This document shows positions 56,010 through 64,000 of a DNA stretch of 64,000 nucleotides, piece after piece. Numbering within the stretch: position 1 is the first letter of the stretch; every line of letters begins with the position of its first letter. The stretch is taken from the NCBI RefSeq assembly GCF_006345805.1, contig NC_043009.1:7750001-7814000 (forward strand), written 5' to 3'. Both the position numbers and the translations under genes were made by a program. The notes beneath the pieces were generated by a model. It saw only the letters and a program-made list of their open reading frames with translations. It had not been told where the DNA came from and ran no database searches. Origin of the DNA: Octopus sinensis (taxonomy: Eukaryota).

Positions 56010-57956
56010 CTAGATAGAAATAACTACAGTGGTATTAAACTGTTAGATCAGGTGATGAAGGTCACGTGAGGGTCATAACCCTCTCATTAGGGAGAGAATT
56101 TGCTTAGATGAGATGCAATTCGTTTTTTTGCGCCGGGTAGTAGAAGCACACTGATGCTATATTCCTAGTCCGACAACTGCAGAAGTACCTAGCTAAAGAT
56201 AAACCCCTCTACATCGCTTTTGTGGACTTGGAGAAAGCCTTTGACAGGGTCCCCCGATCCTTATCTGGTGGTCGATGCGGAAACTGGAGATTGACGAATG
56301 GCTAATAAGGGCTGTACAGGCCCTATACGGGAGGCTGTCAGCAAGGTAGGATTGGCAACGAATATAGTGAAGAATTTCGGGTAGACGGTAAGAAGTAGGT
56401 GTACACCAAGGTTCAGCCCTCAGTCCCCTTTTATTCATCATAGTCCTTCAGGCAATAACAAAGGAATTCAAAACAGGTTGCCCCTGGGAGCTCCTCTATG
56501 CTGATGACCTGGCTCTCACAGCAGAATCACTACCGGAACTAGAAAAGAAATTTCGGGTGTGGAAGCAAGGTTTAGAATCAAAGGGCCTTAGAGTAAATTT
56601 AGCAAAGACCAAAGTTATAGAACGCAGAAAGGCGAACTCAGCACACACTCCCTCGGGCAGGTGGCCCTGCTCGATCTGTAGGAAAGGTGTAGGTAGAAAC
56701 TCCATAAGATGTACCCAGTGTAAGCTATGGACGCATAAGAGGTGCAGCAACATCAAAGGGAAATTAACTGACAAGATAGCTTTCATGTGCGGCAGATGCA
56801 CAGGGACAATAGACCACAGATACTCAGAAAACAGATTCCATCACACTCCAGGGGGAGAAACTAGAAGTAGTTGATAGTTTCCGCTACCTGGGTGACCAAG
56901 TTAGTAGTGGAGGTGGATGCTCAGAGAGTGTCACCACTAGAATACGAATAGCCTGGCAAAGTTTAGAAAGCTCCTACCCCTACTGGCGACAAAGGGTCTC
57001 TCGCTCAGAGTGAAAGGTAGATTGTACAATGCATGTGTGCGAACTGCAATGCTTCACGGTAGTGAAACATGGGCTGTGACTGCAGAGGACATGCGTAGAC
57101 TTGAAAGAAATGAAGCTAGCATGATCCGCTGGATGTGTAATGTCAGTGTGCGCGCACGACGGAGTGTAAGCACCCTGAGAGAAATGCTGGACATAAGAAG
57201 CATCAGATGTGGTGTGCTGGACATAAGAAGCATCAGATGTACTGCGGATGGATGAGGAGAGATGTGTGAAGAAATGTCACTCCCAAACAGTTGAAGGAAT
57301 CGGGGGAGAGGTAGACCCAGGAAGACATGGGATGAGGTAGTCAAGCATGACCTCAGAGCGTTGGGCCTCACAGAGGCAATGACGAAGGACCGAGATCTCT
57401 GGAGATATGCTGTGACTGCAAAGACCCGGGCTGCTTCCTGCACCTGTTCCGCATAGCCCCTGCCCATTCAAAGTACCTTGGATTTCAGAACAACCCGCTG
57501 TGCTTGAGGAGACCTATTGAGTCAAGTACATGAACATCGAAATAAATATCAATGGAAATAGTAGTTGTGATACCTGTGCCGGTGGCACATAAAAAGCACC
57601 ATCCGAACGTGGTCGGTGCCAGCGCCGCCTCGACTGGCTTCTGTGCCGGTGGCACGTAAAAGGCACCATCCGAGCGTGACCGAAGCCAGCGCCGCCTTGA
57701 CTGGCTTCCGTGCCGGTGGCACGTTAACAGCACCAACCGATCGTGGCCGCTGCCAGACTCCCCTAGTACCTGTGCCGGTGGAACGTAAAAAGCACCCACT
57801 ACACTCGCGGAGTGGTTGGCGTTAGGAAGGGCATCCAGCTGTAGAAATACTGCCAGTCAGACTGGAGCCTGGTGCAGCCTCCTGGCTTCCCAGACCCCGG
57901 TCGAACCGTCCAACCCGTACTAGCGCGGAAAACGGACGTTAAACGATGATGATGAT
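56010..57956 (+). mobile_element. 5'-truncated RTE-clade LINE (RT pseudogene, PHD-like finger, 3' UTR, (GAT)n tail)
   Basis: FVDLEKAFDRVP, GVHQGSALSP, LLYADDL, VNLAKTKV, FRYLG, LHGSETW, RGRPRKTW; frameshifted. Confidence 0.93.
57575..57800 (+). repeat. ~66-bp tandem repeat (4 cores) in the RTE 3' UTR, each with hairpin gtgcc-ggt-ggcac
   Basis: tgtgccggtggcac.taaaa.gcacc recurs at ~57575, 57642, 57710 and 57771. Confidence 0.85.
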
Positions 57957-58041
57957 ATATATATATTATATATATATGTGTGTGTGTGTGGTGTGTGTGT
58001 GTGTGTGTTTGTGTGTGTGTATGTATATCTATATCTATCTA

Positions 58042-58085
<44 letters not shown>

Positions 58086-58161
58086 TTGGTCAGTCCTTTA
58101 AATTTTGTAATATTATATAGATATATATATATATATATATATAAACAGAACACAAGGATGT

Positions 58162-58255
58162 CGTGGTACACATGTTTCAAGCTTTATAAAACAACTTATT
58201 CTTACATCAATGTATAATCGACATAACAGATAGTCTAAAGCCCTCTTCAGCCGCA
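58162..58255 (-). ncRNA. Type I hammerhead ribozyme motif with a long stem II loop
   Basis: Minus strand TGCGG-CTGAAGA-GGGCTTTA-(~50 nt)-TAAAGCTT-GAAAC-ATGT-GTA-CCACG. Confidence 0.55.
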
Positions 58256-58712
58256 TGCAATTGCTACACCAAAGACTTGTATCACATTATGAAGAGTCCG
58301 AAAAAGAACGTTTGGTATTATTTATAATGGTAGATAAATTGAGTATCACTGAGAAAGTATGTTTGTAAATCTTCATAATCAAATAGGTGTACAGGGTATT
58401 ATTGAACTCCAAAAATCCGTATCATCACTCAGTATAGAGAGAATACTGGGTAGATTCCAGTTGGGTTCATTCCTCTTGTAAGGGAAGGAAATAAGGAGGA
58501 TTGGAGGTTGAGAAAAAAGAGAAAGGAAAGGAAAAAGAAGAATAGAGAAGAGAAGGAAACAGTAATGATGTTGAGATCACAAATAAAAATATAAATATAA
58601 ATGGATATAATACAATAAAAAAAAAAATAATAAAATATAATTAAAAATAAAGATATAAAGAACGTCAGGTATAAGGTCATAAATTCTAGAAATGTATTGT
58701 AAAAATGTAAAA

Positions 58713-58792
<80 letters not shown>

Positions 58793-59162
58793 GTATGTAT
58801 GTATGTATGTATATATATGACAATTTTTTAAGTAACCAGAAGATGGATTAATCTTTATTTTGTTTCTGATGTATATCCCAAAGAAATATACCCCAACTGC
58901 AGGTGACACCGGGTGGCACAAAGTGTGTCAGTGCCCTACTAAACACTTCAACACACTAATTAACATATACCCATTAGCCCAAAATATTAAATATATATAC
59001 ATGTATGCATACATACATATACATACATACATACATACATACATACATACATACATACATACATCGGTGTATATATGTATTATATCTATTGGGGGTGATG
59101 CATGTCTGTGTGTATACATATGTGCGTTTGCAAGTTTGTATGCATACATGTTTTGTGTGTGT

Positions 59163-59194
<32 letters not shown>

Positions 59195-59196
<2 letters not shown>

Positions 59197-59350
59197 GCGT
59201 TAGGAAGGGCATCCAGCTGTGGAAACTTTGCCAGATCAAGATTGGAGCCTGGTGCATCCATCTGGTTCACCAGCCCTCAGTCAATATCGTCCAACCCATC
59301 CTAGCATGGGAAGCGGACGTCAAACGATGATGATGATGATGATGATGATA
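59195..59350 (+). mobile_element. Isolated RTE 3' end (extreme 5' truncation) with (GAT)n tail
   Basis: ggcgttaggaagggcatccagctgt..ggacgt.aaacgatgatgat is shared with 57818-57956. Confidence 0.85.
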
Positions 59351-59734
59351 TATGTTATCGAATCTCCGATCCTGATTTAGAAGGTTCGGGTGCAGCACTC
59401 ACGATCGCTAGATCATGGATGTAATTTCCGGACCAAGCGACGTCGTGTTCTTCAATAAAACACTTCATTTCACGTTGCTCCAGTTTGCTCGGCTGTAAAT
59501 GGGTCACCATGGGACGGAATAGCCTTCCGATCAAGGGGTAATCTTGGCCTGCTCGCCTAACCAGCAGGGGTGACATCATTCAGATGCTAAAACAATGGGA
59601 AGCGCATTGTGACCGGCTATGTGTAATTACATCGGACAGTCTAGTCGGTGGGATATAGATAGAGCGGACGTAAATAATGTGGAGCGCCGCCCCTTCCGTT
59701 GTTGGTTTTTTTTTGTCTTGTTTTCTTTTTTTGG

Positions 59735-61773
59735 AGCAAAGTCCCATCTCGATCCAGGGTAACGTGGTGGTGGAACAATGTTGTTGACAGGGCTATTAGA
59801 CAAAAGAAACAGGCTTGGAAGGACTGGAAGAACGGTGGTAGCAGGGAATTGTATCAGACTGCCAGAAGGGAAGCTAGGAGACAGGTTTATTTAGCCAGAG
59901 GGGAAGCAGATAAGAAAAAATTTGCCAATGTTCTGCGCCGTGAGGACCAAAGACTTGAGGTATTTCGTGTTGCAAGACAGTGTGTGAAAGAGAATCGTGA
60001 TGTGGTAGGAGACAAATGTGTTCGCATGGATGATGGTTCACTTGCGCTAAATGAGGATGCAAAGAGAGAGGTTTGGAGATGCCACTATGAAAGGTTGCTG
60101 AATAAAGATAATGAATGGGATGAAGAGAGTCTGCCGAATGTCGACCCAACAGAGGGACCAGCTATCCGAGTTGACAGTTCTTTGGTAGTTAAGGCAATTA
60201 GAAGCATGAAGACAGGGAAAGCCCCAGGCCCATCAGGAATTACTGCAGAGATGCTCAAAATATCTGGCAGTGTCGGCTATAGTCTAGTCACCCGTATAGT
60301 TAACCAGGTGATACACGAAGGAGTCATACCCAATGACTGGTGTAGCAGCATAATAGTCAACTGCTACAAAGGTAAAGGTGACACCCTAGATACAAATAAT
60401 TACAGAGGTATCAAGCTGTTGGATCAGGTAATGAAGGTTACGGAGAGGGTCATAGCCCAACTGATTAGGGAGAGAGTCAACTTGGACGAGATGCAGTTTG
60501 GTTTCGTGCCAGGGAAAAGCACCACTGATGCCATATTTCTGGTGAGACAGCTGCAGGAGAAATACCTAGCCAAAGATAAACCTCTGTACCTGGCTTTCGT
60601 TGACATGGAGAAAGCCTTTGACAGGGTCCCCCGATCCCTTATCTGGTGGTCAATGAGGAAACTAGGAATAGGTGAATGGTTAGTGAGAGCTGTACGAGCC
60701 ATGTACAGGGACGCTATTAGTAAGGTGAGGGTTGGCAACGAGTACAGTGAAGAATTCCGAGTAGAGGTTGGGGTCCACCAAGGTTCAGTCCTCAGCCCCC
60801 TGCTATTTATCATAGTCCTCCAAGCAATAACGGAGGAATTCAAGACAGGTTGCCCCTGGGAGCTCCTCTATGCTGATGACCTTGCCCTAATTGCTGAGTC
60901 ACTATCAGAACTGGAGGAGAGGTTTCAGGTGTGGAAGCAAGGATTAGAATCGAAGGGCCTTAGAGTCAACCTAGCTAAAACCAAAGTTCTAATAAGTAGG
61001 AAGGTAGACAAATCACAAACACCTTCAGGTTGATGGCCCTGCTCGATCTGTAGAAAAGGCGTAGGTATAAACTTTCTAAGATGCACCAAGTGTAAGCTAT
61101 GGACACCTAAGAGGTGCAGCAATGTCAAAGGAAGGCTAACTAGGAAGATAGTTTTTGTGTGTGGCAGATGCTCAGGAGCAATAAACACTGAAAATACGCA
61201 GAGACCATCTTCCGCCACATTCCAGGGAGAAAAACTAGAAATAGTTGATAGCTTCCGTTAACTAGGTGACCAAGTCAGTAGCGGGGGCGGGTCTGCTGAA
61301 AGCGTAACTGCTAGAGTAAGAATAGCCTGGCCAAAGTTCAGAGAGCTCTTACCTCTGCTGGTGACAAAAGGCCTCTCATTCAGAGTAAAAGCAGATTGTA
61401 TGACGCATGTGTACGAACAGCCATGCTACATGGCAGTGAAACATGGGACGTGACTGCTGAGGATATGCGTAAGATCGCAAGAAATGAAGCCAGTATGCTC
61501 CGATGGATGTGTAATGTCAGTGTTCATACTCGACAGAGTGTAAGTACTTTGAGAGAAAAGTTGGACCTAAGAAGCATCAGTTGTGGTGTGCAAGAGAGAC
61601 GTTTGCGCTGATATGGTCATGTGCGAGAAGGGATGAAGAGTTGTGTGAAAAAGTGCCACACCCTAGCGTTGAGGGAACCTGTGGAAGATATAGACCCAGG
61701 AAAACCTGGGACGAGGTTGGTAAGCACGACCTTCGAACTTTAGGTCTCACCGAGGAAATGACTAGAAACCGAG
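59735..61773 (+). mobile_element. RTE-clade LINE ORF2 fragment: RT open to 61033, then stops; runs into the gap
   Basis: GKAPGPSGI, NYRGIKLL, QFGFVPGKSTTDAIF, FVDMEKAFDRVP, GVHQGSVLSP, LLYADDL, LHGSETW; no APE domain visible. Confidence 0.96.
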
Positions 61774-61873
61774 NNNNNNNNNNNNNNNNNNNNNNNNNNN
61801 NNNNNNNNNNNNNNNNNNNNNNNNNNNNNNNNNNNNNNNNNNNNNNNNNNNNNNNNNNNNNNNNNNNNNNNNN
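61774..61873. other. Assembly gap (100 N)
   Basis: Run of n. Confidence 1.
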
Positions 61874-61894
61874 TTGCATTGTTTTATTAGCCTT

Positions 61895-62123
61895 CAAATG
61901 ACCCCACCCCGCTGGCTAAGCGAGCAGGCCAACAGAAGAAAGAGTGAGAGAAAGTTGTGGTGAAAGAGTACAGCAGGGATCGCCACCACCCTCTGCCGGA
62001 GCTCGTGGAGCTTTAGGTGTTTTCGCTCAATAACACTGATCTGGGAACGCCTGATCTGGGAATCGAAACCGCGATCCTACGACCGCGAGTCCGCTTCCTC
62101 ACCACTGGGCCATTGCGCCTCCA
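61895..62123 (-). mobile_element. SINE family C
   Basis: Aligns with 35210-35392. Confidence 0.85.
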
Positions 62124-62140
62124 CATAAATATAATAAATA

Positions 62141-62195
<55 letters not shown>

Positions 62196-62382
62196 AATAT
62201 ATATTATATATATATATATAATATATATATATATATAATTCTATATCTATATATTATTATATATTATATATATTATTATATATATATATAATATATATAT
62301 ATATATATTTTGTGACCGTGTGTGTACTGTTGGCGATTTTTTTCCTCCGTCTTCCCTTCTTTGGATCTTTCCTTTTCCTATA

Positions 62383-62418
62383 TTTTCTGACGAAGAGCTC
62401 CCGCTCGAAACGTTAAAA
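62383..62418 (+). ncRNA. Type I minimal hammerhead ribozyme, canonical core, inside element 62308-62500
   Basis: TTTT-CTGACGA-A-GAGC-TCCC-GCTC-GAAAC-GTT-AAAA. Confidence 0.75.
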
Positions 62419-62500
62419 AACCCTCCTTCTTTCCTGGGCGTCCAATAATACTATACTTGTTCCACGTCCTCGCGTTGTTGTGTTTTCATGTTGGATTAAC

Positions 62501-62546
<46 letters not shown>

Positions 62547-62588
62547 CTACATACATACATACATACATACATACATACATACATACCC

Positions 62589-62621
<33 letters not shown>

Positions 62622-62638
62622 GTGTGTGTATACGTATA

Positions 62639-62711
<73 letters not shown>

Positions 62712-63470
62712 ATATTAATACTTGATATTATATACTATAGACTAAGACAACATTTAACGTTTTCCAGTTGTTCACTTTTCAGAGTTACATACTTAAAATC
62801 TAAACTAAAATCTTAACATCTTTCGAGCCAGTTATTCTCAGAGACAATACTGTAATATTAAATACAATGCTCTATGTCTTAAAGTTTAAAACAAAAATAT
62901 CCCTCATTAAAGATGTGATTGACACATCAAAGGCCGACTAAAGCTATGGTTCATTGAAGCTAATCACCAAGTGTAATTAACCTCGGTGACTTTTCCTTAA
63001 TAGGTCGATTGTTTGTGTCCACTCGAGCATGATACACTGTCTCAACATAAGAGAATCTCTCATGTTGACGTTCGACCATTATGATTGAGTTTACGTTCCA
63101 CTGAGGATATCTAATAATGCCGAAACATGTATGGGGGTGTCTCACGTACTTGACGAAATCATTAAAATATTTTTCCATGAAAATTAGCGAGGAGATAGTA
63201 ACATTACTTAGAAGAAATATAAACAAGATCACTGAAGATCGCATTTATATAGTGCAGCAAAACTGGCCAAGTGCATTAATTAACAAGGTTAACTACACGG
63301 AGTATTTAAACTAAATTTGTAAAGTTACAATAATATATATTTCATAAACACACACATTTATATATATTGATAGAAATGGTAAGACAACAAAAGAATGAAA
63401 GAGACCTCGACGTTATGTAAATAGAGGAATTTATCTGTAAATGTAATATGTGACAATTATTTGGTAGTCA

Positions 63471-63533
63471 AGATAAAACTCCGAGTTTCGGATGCCGAGG
63501 TGGAAATCCACCCCACCATCTCTTCAGTTTTCC
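63471..63533 (-). ncRNA. Type I hammerhead ribozyme with an extended stem II, inside element ~63362-63540
   Basis: Minus strand GGAAAA-CTGAAGA-GATG-gtg-GGGTGG-attt-CCACCT-cgg-CATC-c-GAAAC-TCGGA-GTT-TTATCT. Confidence 0.7.
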
Positions 63534-63543
63534 GGCCATTGGA

Positions 63544-63574
<31 letters not shown>

Positions 63575-63713
63575 TCCGCATGGGGTTTGAGGGCCCGATG
63601 CATCTATATGGTGTTACTCAGGTACTGAAATATGGACCCACTGCATTCTATATCCGACACAGGTGTAAGCTAATGAAATTCATAAGATAATAGCTTATTC
63701 CTTTGTATTCATG

Positions 63714-63744
<31 letters not shown>

Positions 63745-63787
63745 TGTGTGTGTGTGTGTTGTGTGTTTTCTTTACACACACATTTTC

Positions 63788-63940
63788 CGCGTGGCTAAGT
63801 GGTTAGGGTATTCGACTCACAATCGCAAGGTCGTGAGATCAGTTCCTGGCGACGCGTTGTGTCCTTGAGCAAGACTCTTTATTTCACGTTGCTCCAGTCC
63901 ACTCAGCTGGCAAAAATGAGTTGTACCTGTACTTTAAAGA
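63788..63940 (+). mobile_element. C-related SINE 5' part
   Basis: gcgtggctaagtggttaggg A-box, gtccttgagcaag core, ttcacgttgctccagtccactcagctg. Confidence 0.75.
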
Positions 63941-64000
63941 TAAATGGATGTTAGCATCAGGATTTTCGTGAGGAAGTAATTGAACACAGATCTTAAGCGG

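Noticed and set aside
56500-56510. CTGATGA hammerhead core (also at 60873)
   Set aside because: These are the YADD codons of the RT, with no stems or GAAA
57575-57800. CRISPR-like repeat-spacer pattern
   Set aside because: Spacers are homologous to each other and the context is a eukaryotic LINE 3' UTR
62960-63244. ORF with NNRPI resembling the RT NYRPI motif
   Set aside because: Single weak motif with no supporting RT motifs

Overview
AT-rich, microsatellite-saturated eukaryotic DNA. The repeat inventory points to a coleoid cephalopod, probably Octopus (inference). No intact host gene is visible, so the window is probably intronic or intergenic, and almost all ORF-track entries are microsatellite translations. 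It holds three tRNA-derived SINE families, a full-length decayed mariner (38227-39553) and a second split mariner. It also holds RTE-clade LINEs whose RT carries an internal PHD-like C4HC3 finger, R4/Dong-type RLE LINE fragments, old CR1/L2-like RT remnants and a Penelope-like GIY-YIG remnant. DNA elements include a non-autonomous Helitron with an internal tandem array and two Merlin-like MITEs with 8-bp TSDs and telomeric repeats. The most interesting signal is a dispersed set of short non-coding elements next to (TA)n tracts that carry type I hammerhead ribozyme motifs with palindromic, dimer-dependent stem III. These range from intact (62383, 63471, 58162, 12331) to degenerate, truncated or cleanly deleted. 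All calls were made by eye; no searches or folding were run.
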